Part shown: piece after piece, positions 27,577 to 43,829 of the stretch
Layout of the letters: every line of letters begins with the position of its first letter
Numbering within the stretch: position 1 is the stretch's first letter
Assembly (NCBI GenBank): GCA_045863395.1
Contig: BTVJ01000050.1
Location: forward strand, 1 to 50,865
Direction: 5' to 3'
Source: Myxococcales bacterium
GTDB lineage: Bacteria; Myxococcota_A; UBA9042; JABWCM01; BTVJ01
DNA: 50,865 bases
Notes under the pieces: generated by a model
Database searches by the model: none
Seen by the model: the letters and a program-made list of their open reading frames with translations, nothing else
What the model was told of the DNA's origin: nothing
Program-made: the position numbers and the translations under genes

Positions 27577-30500
27577 ATGAAGAAGACCACCGCAGCGCGG
27601 AGCATGGACAGGGCCATCGAGGAGATCCTCGACCGCCTGAAGGACGGGGAGGAGGACGAGGTGGCGATCTCGTCCTGTGTCTACGACGTCGTGCACCTGG
27701 GGACGGACGCGGTGCCCACGCTCCAGGAGTGGCTCTCCGTACCCCACTACCGCGCCAGGGCCGCGGCCGTGGAGGCGCTGGTGCGACTCCAGGGGCAGGC
27801 GTCAGAGGCAGCGGTCAGCCGTGCCCTGGGCGACCCTCACCCCGTCGTAAGGGCCGCGCTGTGCCGGGCCCTCTCCACGCTCCAGCTCCCCGGCGATGAC
27901 ACGTTCCTTGGGGGCGCCGCCGACGACGAGGACCACCCGGAGGTGCGCGAGGCTGCGCTGAAGACCATCGGCGTCCGCGCCATGGACAGCCTCGTCGAGC
28001 GCGTCGAAGCCCACCTCCTCGACGACAACTTCGGGGTGCAGCAGACCGCCGCCCGCACGCTGCGGGCCATGGCCCCGCTCCGCAGCCTGCCTGCGCTGGC
28101 GCGCGCCCTGCGGGACGACTCGGCCGGCTACGTCCACCACGAGATCGTCGAGTCGGTGGCGCGGATCCTGGAGCTGCGCGGCCGCGATGCCTTTGGCGCC
28201 GCCTACGTCGCCCTGGCGGGGGAGGACGCCTCCGCCCTGGCGGAGAGCGCCGCCGAGGCGAAGAGCCAGCCCAACCTGGCGGCGCTCCACACCGCCGTCG
28301 AGGAGCTGCGCCGCACCAGCTTCGACCGCGAGCAGCTCCGGGGCTACGGGACGCTGCTCTCCGAGGAGGCGCGCAGGGGACGCCTCCAGCCGGCCCTTCA
28401 TGTCGATGCGCGCGTGGACGCCGTCCGCCGTCTGGTGGAGGGGCCCGGGGCCCGCAGCGTCCTCCTCCTGGGGCCCAGCGGCAGCGGCAAGACCGCCGTC
28501 GTCCACGCCATGGCCATGGCGCTCGAGGCCGCCGGGGGCGAGGTGCTGGAGGTGCGGGGGGCGGACGTCATCCGCGGCAAGATGTACCTCGGCCAGTGGC
28601 AGGAGCACGTGCTGCGCCTCGTCGATGCGGTCCGGCGCCCGAAGCCGGTGGTCCTGTACGTGCCGGACATCAACGAGTGGCTCCAGGTGGGGAGGAGCTC
28701 GTCGAGCGAGGACAGCCTCCTGTCCGCGCTACGCCCGTACCTGGAGCGCGGCGACGTCATCGTGGTCGCGGAGAGCACGCCCGAGGCGTTCCGGGCCGGG
28801 CTCGGCCGCACGCCGACCTACGCGGCGCTCTTCCACGTGCAGCAGGTGCAGCCGGCGACGGACACGGAGGCGCTGCGCATCGCAGAGGACGTGCTGGCGC
28901 GGGTGGCCGCCGGGCTCGCCACGTCGCGCAACATCGTTGTGTCGTGGGATCAGGACCTGCCCCGTCGCGCCTTGGAGCTGACGGGCCACGTCTACAGCGG
29001 CCAGGAGAACCCGGGCCGCACGGTGACCTTGCTGCGCCAGCTCACCGACGACGTGGCGCGGCGCGCGGACCAGGGGGAGGACCTGGGCAAGGTCCACCTG
29101 GTCGAGAGCAACCTCCACGCCCTGCTCGAGCGCCAGACGGGCATCTCGGCGGCCCTGCTGGACGACGCGGTGGCGCTGGAGCTGGCGAGCGTGCGGCGCT
29201 TCTTCGAGGAGCGCGTCATCGGGCAGCCCGATGCCGTGGACGTGGTCGTAGACCTGATCACGCTGATCAAGGCGGGCCTGACCAACCCCGACAAGCCCAT
29301 GTCGGTGCTGCTGTTCATCGGCCCGACGGGCGTGGGCAAGACGGAGCTGGCGCGCACCATCGCCGAGTACCTGTTCGGCAGCGCCGACCGCATGGTGCGC
29401 ATCGACATGAGCGAGTTCCAGGACCCGGGCGCCATGGAGCGGCTGGTGGGCTCCGCGCACGGAGAGACCGGCGGCCTGCTGACCGAGCCGGTGCGGGAGC
29501 AGCCCTTCTGCGTGGTGCTCCTCGACGAGATCGAGAAGGCCCACGTGGGGGTGCACGACCTGCTGCTCCAGGTGTTCGACAGCGGGCGCCTCACGGACGG
29601 GCGAGGCCGGCTGACCTCCTTCCGGCGGGCGGTGATCGCGCTGACGTCCAACCTGGGCTGGGACCAGCCGAAGGGCGGCGGGGTGGGCTTCCTGGAGAAG
29701 ACGGTTGGCGCCAAGCAGCAGGACGTGCTCACCATCGTCGAGAAGACCTTCCGCCAGGAGCTGGTCAACCGCATCGATCACGTCATCGCGTTCCGGTCGC
29801 TGAGCATGGACGCCATGGAGCGCATCGCCCGGCGCGAGCTGGGGAGGGTGCTCACCCGCAGCGGGCTCGTGCGCCGCAACGTGGCCGTCGACCTGGACCC
29901 CTCTGTCCTCTCGCTCTTGCTGCGCCTCGGCTTCTCGCCGCGCTATGGGGCGCGCCCCCTCAAGCGGGCCATCGAGCAGCACCTGCTCGTGCCCGTCGGG
30001 CGCAAGCTGGTGGGCATCAGCGGGCGCGATACGGAGCCCACGGTGCTGCGCGTCGAGGAGCGGGAGGGGGCGGCGAAGGTGCGGGTCGTCGACGGGGGAG
30101 GCACGGAGCGCGTCACGGTGGAGCGCCCCTTCGGCGGCGGCCGCACGGACAGGGTTGACCTGGCGACCCTGCGCAAGCGTGCGAAAGCACTAGGCGAGGA
30201 CGCGGACGCGCTGCGGACGGAGGCCACCGCCAAGGGGCTCCGCGAGGAGGCGGCGGGGCTCGCCGCAGCCCTAGCGGCGCCGTCGGGCTGGGCGGACGGC
30301 CCCGCTGCTCGGGAGCGCACCGCGCGCCTGTCGGACCTGGAGCAGGCGCTGGCCAAGCTCGGGGCCCTGGAGGGCGCGGCGACGGCGCTCCAGGAGCAGC
30401 TCGCCCGCCATCGGCGCGCGCCGCTGCGCCCGCTGGCCGAGCGCCTCGTCGACCTGGAGGAGCAGGCGCGGCTCGTGCGCTACGAGGTGCTCGCCGGAGA

Positions 30501-31155
30501 TGGAGTCGACCGCCAGGACGCCTTCGTGGAGATCACGGCGGTGGGCGCTCTGGTCCCCGAGGACCCGGTGCGCCTGATCGCCGGCATGTTGCGTGGGTTC
30601 GCCGACCGCCACCGCTTCACGTGGACGCCGCTGTTCGAGGAAGGCGCCGGGGAGGGTCTCCTCAGCGTCAAGGCCCACGTCGAGGGGGTCTGCGTCCACG
30701 GGCTCCTGCGGGGAGAGGACGGCCTGCACCGCTTCGTGGTGCGCGGCCCGCGCGGGCGCGCCTACGCCCACGTGCGGGTCACGGTGCTCCCGGACCCTCC
30801 TCGCGGCGGAGCAGAGCTTCCGCCGAAGGAGCTGGCGAGAGAGGAGGTGCCCGTGCGCACCCCCCGCGTCTTCATGCCCGACGCCCGCTCGTGCCTGCGC
30901 GTGACCCACATGCCGACGCTGACCACCGTGCGGGTCCTGATGGCGGGAGACACCACGGAGCGCCGCGCTCTGGATCTGCTCGCCGCGCGCCTCGTCGCCC
31001 GGGAGCCGGGCCGCACGGGAGGAGCCCTGGTGCGCCGTTACGGCCTCGACTCTCCCCGGGAGGTGCGCGACGTGGCGACGGGGATCCGCACCGGCCGCGT
31101 GGACGACGTGCTCGCCGGGCACCTGGACCCCTTCGTGCTGGCGCGCCTGTCCTGA
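27577..31155 (+). CDS. HEAT repeats + ClpA/C-type double AAA+ + degenerate release factor 2-like module
   Basis: HEAT N-terminus. GPSGSGKT. RVIGQ..LFIGPTGVGKTELA..RIDMSEF..LLDEIEKAH..GRLTD..TSNLG..GARPLKRAIE. C-terminus colinear with RF2 (E.GLHR, RVTHMPT, VRRY..VRD..TG..VL.G.LD.F). Confidence 0.85.
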   Translation: MKKTTAARSMDRAIEEILDRLKDGEEDEVAISSCVYDVVHLGTDAVPTLQEWLSVPHYRARAAAVEALVRLQGQASEAAVSRALGDPHPVVRAALCRALSTLQLPGDDTFLGGAADDEDHPEVREAALKTIGVRAMDSLVERVEAHLLDDNFGVQQTAARTLRAMAPLRSLPALARALRDDSAGYVHHEIVESVARILELRGRDAFGAAYVALAGEDASALAESAAEAKSQPNLAALHTAVEELRRTSFDREQLRGYGTLLSEEARRGRLQPALHVDARVDAVRRLVEGPGARSVLLLGPSGSGKTAVVHAMAMALEAAGGEVLEVRGADVIRGKMYLGQWQEHVLRLVDAVRRPKPVVLYVPDINEWLQVGRSSSSEDSLLSALRPYLERGDVIVVAESTPEAFRAGLGRTPTYAALFHVQQVQPATDTEALRIAEDVLARVAAGLATSRNIVVSWDQDLPRRALELTGHVYSGQENPGRTVTLLRQLTDDVARRADQGEDLGKVHLVESNLHALLERQTGISAALLDDAVALELASVRRFFEERVIGQPDAVDVVVDLITLIKAGLTNPDKPMSVLLFIGPTGVGKTELARTIAEYLFGSADRMVRIDMSEFQDPGAMERLVGSAHGETGGLLTEPVREQPFCVVLLDEIEKAHVGVHDLLLQVFDSGRLTDGRGRLTSFRRAVIALTSNLGWDQPKGGGVGFLEKTVGAKQQDVLTIVEKTFRQELVNRIDHVIAFRSLSMDAMERIARRELGRVLTRSGLVRRNVAVDLDPSVLSLLLRLGFSPRYGARPLKRAIEQHLLVPVGRKLVGISGRDTEPTVLRVEEREGAAKVRVVDGGGTERVTVERPFGGGRTDRVDLATLRKRAKALGEDADALRTEATAKGLREEAAGLAAALAAPSGWADGPAARERTARLSDLEQALAKLGALEGAATALQEQLARHRRAPLRPLAERLVDLEEQARLVRYEVLAGDGVDRQDAFVEITAVGALVPEDPVRLIAGMLRGFADRHRFTWTPLFEEGAGEGLLSVKAHVEGVCVHGLLRGEDGLHRFVVRGPRGRAYAHVRVTVLPDPPRGGAELPPKELAREEVPVRTPRVFMPDARSCLRVTHMPTLTTVRVLMAGDTTERRALDLLAARLVAREPGRTGGALVRRYGLDSPREVRDVATGIRTGRVDDVLAGHLDPFVLARLS

Positions 31156-31258
31156 CGGGTTCGCGCAGCACTCGTCCTCCCGGCGGTGACCGTCGGCTCG
31201 CCGGTCCGCGCGTGGTCGGCGCGTGGTCGGCGCCAGCTCGACGGCACCCTCGACCGGT

Positions 31259-31292
31259 TTGACCTGCCGGTGTCCCGTGAGCATCATGATGC
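31259..31292 (+). promoter_or_regulatory. Promoter with palindromic operator for the RHH-VapC pair
   Basis: TTGACC at 31259. Perfect palindrome GCATCATGATGC (31281-31292) over the -10 region. RBS GGAGGT. Confidence 0.65.
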
Positions 31293-31310
31293 GCGGGAGG
31301 TGATGCGACG

Positions 31311-31547
31311 ATGACACGCACGACAGTGGCGCTCGATGACAGACTCCTGGAAGAGATCCGGCTTCGTGCGGCTGAGCAAGGGCGGAGTATGAGCCAGGTG
31401 GTGAATGACCTGCTGCGGCTCGGTCTCCGAAGCGCGGCCGCAGAGCCGCCGGAAGGCTCATCCGTACCTTGGCGCACGTTCCGATGCGGGGAGGTGCTGG
31501 TCGATGTGAGCGACCGCGAGGCCCTCTACGCGGCCTTGGAGGACTGA
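31311..31547 (+). CDS. vapB: Ribbon-helix-helix (VapB-type) antitoxin
   Basis: RTTVALDDRLL..R.RAAEQGRSMSQVVNDLLR..VDVSDREALY. Confidence 0.85.
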   Translation: MTRTTVALDDRLLEEIRLRAAEQGRSMSQVVNDLLRLGLRSAAAEPPEGSSVPWRTFRCGEVLVDVSDREALYAALED

Positions 31548-31551
31548 CCCC

Positions 31552-32013
31552 ATGCGGGTCCTCGTCGACACGAACGTGCTCTTGGGCGCGACGTTCGAGG
31601 AGCTGCCGAGCCATGCACCTTCGGTGTCGTTTCTGCGGGCCTTGCTCCGGTCGGGCGACCGGCTCTGCCTCACCTGGGTCAACGTGTACGAGTACTTGCG
31701 GGTCGCAACGCACGCGCGCGTGTTCTCGAGGCCGCTCCGTTGGAACGACGCGAAGGACCAGATGGCCGCGCTGCTCAGGCACACGCGCACCGACCTCCTC
31801 TCTGAGACGCCGGACCACCTCCGGGTCCTGAGCGCTGTCGTGGAGGGTGCTGGCGGCGCTTCCGGCAACTTCGTCCACGACTGCCACATCGCCACGCTGA
31901 TGTCCGAGCACGACGTGAGGACGATCATCACCGCCGACGCCGGCTTCAGGAGGTTCCGCGGCCTCGAGGTTCTGGCGCCGGAGGAAGCAGAGGGGCGGCT
32001 CTGGCCGAGTTGA
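31552..32013 (+). CDS. vapC: VapC PIN-domain toxin
   Basis: LVDTNVLL, YEYLRVATH, GNFVHDCHIA, TADAGFRRF. Confidence 0.9.
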   Translation: MRVLVDTNVLLGATFEELPSHAPSVSFLRALLRSGDRLCLTWVNVYEYLRVATHARVFSRPLRWNDAKDQMAALLRHTRTDLLSETPDHLRVLSAVVEGAGGASGNFVHDCHIATLMSEHDVRTIITADAGFRRFRGLEVLAPEEAEGRLWPS

Positions 32014-32044
32014 GGAACCCACCCCAACACCTCTGCACCGCCGC

Positions 32045-39118
<7,074 letters not shown>

Positions 39119-39252
39119 CCCCGGGGTGCAGAGGGCGTTACGTCGTGCGCCATCGTATCGCATTCCGGTCACGCTTCCAACGCTTCCACTGCTTGCATCC
39201 CATGGTGCGCGCGGTATGCTCCTGGCCTGTCCACACCACAGGAGAGCCATCC

Positions 39253-40086
39253 ATGAGACGAATGACCCTGGTCGCACTCGGCGCCGCCTTGTCCGTGCTC
39301 GCGTGCGACCCGCCGGAGGAGTCCGCGGGCTCGACCGGAGCCGGCGCTGGCGACACGGGGCCCGCCACCTCCGACGACGCCGTGACTCCCGACGCCGGCT
39401 CTCAGGCTCCGGACGTGGCCGAGCCCGCCGTCGAGGCCCCGGACGCGGGCGATCCCGGGTTGGAGCCAGAGGATGTTGCCGCGGCCACGGAGGACGTGGG
39501 CCCCGTCGTGGAGGACGCGAGCCCCGCCGGCGGTCACCCGGAGGATGTGTGGTTCGACCCCTACAACGACCCCAACGTCGAGTGCCCGCCCTCAGGGGCC
39601 ACGGGCCCCAAGATCGGCGACGTGCTGCCGAACGTGAAGCTCAAGACCTGCGACGGCACCCCGTTCTACATCCACGAGCTGTGCGGCGCCCAAGCCTACT
39701 GGATCTTCCAGACCGCCGGGTGGTGCCCCTACTGCGCTGCTACCGCGAAGACCCTGAAGGACATCCCACAGGAGTACTTCGACAAGGGTGGCCGCATCAT
39801 CGTGAACGTGCTCCGCGACCAGAACGACAAGGTGGCCAACACCACGTACTGCCAGGGCTACGCAAAGTCGTTCAAGATCCCCGAGGACCGCATCATCCTG
39901 GCCGTGGACCCGACCCAGACCACCAAGAAGTTCAACCAGACGGGCGGTGTGCCGTTCCACGTGGTCATGGACCGCGAGATGCGCATCCGCTTCATGTGGA
40001 GCGGCGGCGCGACCTCCAGCACGGCGCTGTCGTACATGAAGATCCTGTTCAAGGAGCAGGCCAAGGCCGACGGCCGCGCCGACTGA
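39253..40086 (+). CDS. Thioredoxin-fold (redoxin/TlpA-like) lipoprotein
   Basis: Lipobox LSVLAC, acidic linker, GPKIGDVLPN, AGWCPYC, GVPFHVVMD. RBS GGAG. Confidence 0.78.
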   Translation: MRRMTLVALGAALSVLACDPPEESAGSTGAGAGDTGPATSDDAVTPDAGSQAPDVAEPAVEAPDAGDPGLEPEDVAAATEDVGPVVEDASPAGGHPEDVWFDPYNDPNVECPPSGATGPKIGDVLPNVKLKTCDGTPFYIHELCGAQAYWIFQTAGWCPYCAATAKTLKDIPQEYFDKGGRIIVNVLRDQNDKVANTTYCQGYAKSFKIPEDRIILAVDPTQTTKKFNQTGGVPFHVVMDREMRIRFMWSGGATSSTALSYMKILFKEQAKADGRAD

Positions 40087-40091
40087 CCCGC

Positions 40092-41165
40092 TTGGTCGAG
40101 CCCTGGCAGCGACAGCTCACCGAGGGTGCTCGGTCCCTCTCGGATCTAGCGGCTCACGGCCTCCTGTCCGTCGCGGACGTCGCGGCCCTGGGCCCCGTCG
40201 CCGCTCGCTACCAGGTGCTGGTTCCCCGCCACGTCCTCGCTCTCATCGATCCGCGTGATCCATCGTGCCCCATCCGGCTCCAGGCGGTGCCGGACCTCGC
40301 CGAGCTCACGGCGCATCCCTCGGAGCTCCTCGACCCCATCGGCGACGGGGCGCACGGGCAGACGCCGATCCTCGTGCACCGTTACCCGGACCGGGTGCTG
40401 CTCTTCCCGACCCTGGCCTGCCCCATGATGTGCAGGCACTGCTTCCGCAAGGTGCGGCTCAACGAGGGAGGTGCGGTGAGCCTGCGCGCGGAGCTCCCCG
40501 GCGCCCTCGCGTACCTGCGCGCCCACCCGGAGGTACGGGAGGTCATCCTCAGCGGCGGCGACCCCCTGATGCTCGGCGACCGGCGCCTGGACGAGCTGCT
40601 CTCGTCGCTGCGCGAGGTGCCGACCGTGCGCATGGTCCGGCTCCACACCCGCGCCCTCGCCGCCCTCCCGCAGCGCTTCGCGGCCGGCCTCGGCGAGATC
40701 CTGCGGCGTCACCGCCCTGTGACCCTGGTGGCTCACGTCAACCACGCCCGCGAGCTGACCCCTGAGGCGGAGGAAGCCCTCGCGGTGCTCGCGGACGCTG
40801 GAGTGCCCGTGCTCGCCCAGACGGTGCTGCTGCGGGGCGTCAACGACCGCCCGGCGTCCATGGAGGCCCTGCTGCGCGGCCTCTACGAGCGCGGCGTGCG
40901 CCCCTACTACCTGCACCACCCGGACCTGGTCGTGGGGACGGGGCACCTGCGGGTGAGCATCGACGCCGGCCTGGAGCTGATGCGGGCGCTGCGGGGGCGG
41001 CTCCCGGGCGCGGCGCTGCCGGTCTACGTCATCGACATCCCCGGGGGCGGCGGCAAGATCCCGCTGGACAGCGCCTATGCCGAGCGCCTGGGTCCCGGCC
41101 GCTGGCGTCTGCGGAGCCCGCTCGGTGGGGCGGTGGAGTATCTGGACCCGGCGGGCCGCGGGTGA
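40092..41165 (+). CDS. KamA-family radical SAM (lysine 2,3-aminomutase/EpmB-like)
   Basis: DPIGD..HRYPDRVL..CPMMCRHCFRK, EVILSGGDPL, HVNHARE, PYYLH, DIPGGGGKIP. The TTG start is uncertain. Confidence 0.88.
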   Translation: MVEPWQRQLTEGARSLSDLAAHGLLSVADVAALGPVAARYQVLVPRHVLALIDPRDPSCPIRLQAVPDLAELTAHPSELLDPIGDGAHGQTPILVHRYPDRVLLFPTLACPMMCRHCFRKVRLNEGGAVSLRAELPGALAYLRAHPEVREVILSGGDPLMLGDRRLDELLSSLREVPTVRMVRLHTRALAALPQRFAAGLGEILRRHRPVTLVAHVNHARELTPEAEEALAVLADAGVPVLAQTVLLRGVNDRPASMEALLRGLYERGVRPYYLHHPDLVVGTGHLRVSIDAGLELMRALRGRLPGAALPVYVIDIPGGGGKIPLDSAYAERLGPGRWRLRSPLGGAVEYLDPAGRG

Positions 41166-41226
41166 CACGGCGGGGCAGGGCGGGTATGCTGCCCTGCGCC
41201 GTCGCCCGCCAACCTGGGAGGAGGGG

Positions 41227-41931
41227 ATGATCAAGGCCACCCTGGCCCTCTATCTGGAGTCTCTGCGCAAGGCAGCCCGCGTCAGCACCCGAAACTGGGT
41301 GGTGATCTTCACGTCGTGGATCTATCTGGCCATCACGCTGGTCGCGGGCTATGTGGTCGCCCCCCTCGGCATCATCGGCGGCTTCATCATGGCCTTCGTC
41401 GCGGCCGCGGTGGTCAGCTCGTACATCTACCTGGTGGAGATGGTCGTCCGCACCCACAAGGTGACCCTCGACGACTTCAAGCGGAGCTTCGGCGCCCACT
41501 TCTGGGACGTCGTCAACGTGATGTTCCTGCTGTGGCTCATCCAGCTCGCGACCGTCGTGGTCGCGAAGGCGTCCGGGCAGCCTCTGGCCGTCTCCGTCAT
41601 CGTGGGCGTCGCCATCTTCGTGCTGTTCAACGCCGTGCCGGAGCTGATCTACCAGGGGCGGGTGGGCTCCATCGCGCTCCTGGCGGCGAGCGTGCGCTTC
41701 ATCCAGGAGAACTGGATCGAGTGGTTCATCCCCAACATCGCCTTCGGTGCGCTGATCTACGGGAGCTACCTCATCGGCACGGGCGACACCTTCTCGCCCG
41801 TCGAGCTTGTGCTGGACCTGGCGCGGGCCTTCCTGGTGTTCTACATGATGGTGTTTCGCGGCTACCTCTTCGAGGGCCTCAACAGCGGGTCACGCCGGAC
41901 GCGCATGTTTAGGAGCCGCCTCGGCCTGTGA
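41227..41931 (+). CDS. Multi-pass membrane protein
   Basis: About 6 hydrophobic segments, FNAVPELIYQ motif, RBS GGAGG. Confidence 0.8.
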   Translation: MIKATLALYLESLRKAARVSTRNWVVIFTSWIYLAITLVAGYVVAPLGIIGGFIMAFVAAAVVSSYIYLVEMVVRTHKVTLDDFKRSFGAHFWDVVNVMFLLWLIQLATVVVAKASGQPLAVSVIVGVAIFVLFNAVPELIYQGRVGSIALLAASVRFIQENWIEWFIPNIAFGALIYGSYLIGTGDTFSPVELVLDLARAFLVFYMMVFRGYLFEGLNSGSRRTRMFRSRLGL

Positions 41932-42004
41932 CCATTGCGGCGCTACCTGCGGGCGCGTATCCTCACGGTGGTCGAGCGATCCCCCCGTGCCGCAGGAGGC
42001 CCCC

Positions 42005-43279
42005 ATGCGCACCACACGACTTCTCCCGCTCATCCTGGCCTTCGGGCTCGCGACTCCCTTGCTCGTCGGCGCCAAGAAGGGCTGCGCCCCCATCCCCGTC
42101 GAGCCGCTGGACCTGCCCCACTGCGTGACCTACGAGGTGAAGGGCTCCCCCATGTCCTTCCACGCGGTCAACGTGGACACCTGGGCGGAGGGCGACGCGC
42201 TGCTCGCCTCCGTCGGCGGGGTCGGCTCCGTGCTGGAGGGGACCTGCGCCTCCATCGACCTGGACTGCACGTTCGAGTATGCCCCGGTGTGCGGCGATCT
42301 CGGCGGCTCCAAGGGCGGCTACGGCAACCTGTGCGCGCTCCAGGGCGCCGTCCGCGACGCGGCGGGTGCCCTCGGGTCCGCGTCCGCCACCTGGACGTGG
42401 GGTGAGTGCGGGGGCGGCGCCGGCTGCTTCTCCGACGGCGACTGCATGAAGGGCGAGACGTGCCAGATGAAGTGCGAGCCCTGGTGCAAGATGGCGCCCC
42501 CGGCGGACCCGGCCTGCTGCACGGGCGTGTGCGTCCCGGCCCCCGACCAGGGGTGCGCGTGGGGCGGCGCGTGGTACTCCTACGGCGAGTCCTTCCCCGC
42601 AGGGGACGGCTGCAACACCTGCACCTGCAGCGTGAGCGGCGTGGGCTGCACCAAGATCGGGTGCCCGCCGCCCAAGGGGTGTGAGTACAACGGGACCTGG
42701 TACGCGGTCGGTGACACCTTCTGGGCCGCCGACGGCTGCAACACCTGCACCTGCGGCGACGGCGGCTTCGTCGGCTGCACGAAGATGGGGTGTGTTGGCG
42801 ACGGCTGCTGGGTGGAGGGCACCTACTACGAGCCCGGCAAGAGCTTCCCGTCACCCGACGGCTGCAACACCTGCGTCTGTCAGAAGGGCGGCATGGCCAT
42901 GTGCACCTTGATGGCGTGCGCGCCGGTGTGCAGCTACGGCGGCAAGAACTACGAGTATGGTGAGACCTTCCCCTCGACCGACGGCTGCAACACATGCACG
43001 TGCATGGACGGCGGCGTCGCCTGCACCGAGATGGCCTGCGCCTGCGACCCCAAGAGCGAGTGGTGGCGCAAGTACGTGGGGTCGTCGCCTGAGCAGTGCA
43101 TGGTGATCAAGTACACCTGCGAGCCCAACACCACGGGGTTCTCGAACGCCTGCGGCTGCGGCTGCGAGCAGGACCCGAGCTGCCCCGAGTGGTTCAACTG
43201 CATGCCGGGGCCCGGCGCGCCGCCGTGTGACCCTGCCGCCATCGCCGCGAAGTGTCCCTACTCGGGCATCGCCTGGTAG
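42005..43279 (+). CDS. Secreted Cys-rich protein with Kazal-like and four pacifastin/VWC-like repeats
   Basis: Hydrophobic leader ending ..KKGC. CTFEYAPVCG..YGNLC. Four C..G..Y..G..F...DGCNTCxC..CTxxxC units. Confidence 0.78.
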   Translation: MRTTRLLPLILAFGLATPLLVGAKKGCAPIPVEPLDLPHCVTYEVKGSPMSFHAVNVDTWAEGDALLASVGGVGSVLEGTCASIDLDCTFEYAPVCGDLGGSKGGYGNLCALQGAVRDAAGALGSASATWTWGECGGGAGCFSDGDCMKGETCQMKCEPWCKMAPPADPACCTGVCVPAPDQGCAWGGAWYSYGESFPAGDGCNTCTCSVSGVGCTKIGCPPPKGCEYNGTWYAVGDTFWAADGCNTCTCGDGGFVGCTKMGCVGDGCWVEGTYYEPGKSFPSPDGCNTCVCQKGGMAMCTLMACAPVCSYGGKNYEYGETFPSTDGCNTCTCMDGGVACTEMACACDPKSEWWRKYVGSSPEQCMVIKYTCEPNTTGFSNACGCGCEQDPSCPEWFNCMPGPGAPPCDPAAIAAKCPYSGIAW

Positions 43280-43348
43280 AGCAGGCGGCGCCCATCACCT
43301 CGCCGTCCCCCCTCGGGGCTCGCACGCCTGCCGGCCCCCGTCGCCGCA

Positions 43349-43708
43349 TCAGCCCAGGGTCTTCACCAGCCGCTTCGGGGCCACCGCCCGGTAGCTCTCA
43401 TCCAGCCAGGCCAGGAGCAGCCCCATCGGGGGCTCCTCGTCGGTGCCGAACCTGGCCGACACCCAGCCGCTCTTGCCGAGGCCATAGCCCGTGGGCTCCA
43501 CGAAGGGGAACATGAGCGCCGCCATGTGGGTGCCGGGGAGCTTGACCGTGACGCTGAGGCGATCCTCGCTGGCGCTCAGGAACATGAAGGTCTTGCCGCG
43601 CACCTTGAGGGCCCGCTCTCCCCACGGGCGGTCCTCGTGGGTCTCGGGGTAGGCCAGGGCTGCGGCGCGCAGGGTGGCCTCGTGGGGGTTGGTCGGGGTG
43701 TCGCTCAT
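43349..43708 (-). CDS. MmcQ/YjbR-family protein
   Basis: PETHEDRPWG..KVRGKTF..PTGYGLGKSGWV..WLDESYRAVAPKRL. Confidence 0.88.
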   Translation of the reverse strand: MSDTPTNPHEATLRAAALAYPETHEDRPWGERALKVRGKTFMFLSASEDRLSVTVKLPGTHMAALMFPFVEPTGYGLGKSGWVSARFGTDEEPPMGLLLAWLDESYRAVAPKRLVKTLG

Positions 43709-43735
43709 CGCTCCTCCGGGGCCATGCGGGTGCAG

Positions 43736-43775
43736 AAACGACGAAAGCCACGAAGCGGCTGCTCCGTGGCTCTCG
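43736..43775 (-). terminator. Intrinsic terminator after the RRM gene
   Basis: Stem AGCCACG..CGTGGCT whose mismatches become G-U pairs only on the minus strand, followed by a U-rich tail. Confidence 0.65.
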
Positions 43776-43829
43776 CGATCATCCTGCTGTCGAGCAGCGG
43801 ACTCTACGGGGACTCAGTCCCCGAGGGGG

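Noticed and set aside
30280..31155. Functional prfB or a separate frameshifted release factor gene
   Set aside because: It is in frame with the Clp ATPase, lacks GGQ and SPF, and shows no CTTTGA shift site.
40092..41165. Firm epmB or kamA assignment
   Set aside because: The family is clear, but no efp/epmA or lysine-fermentation neighbours are present to choose between them.
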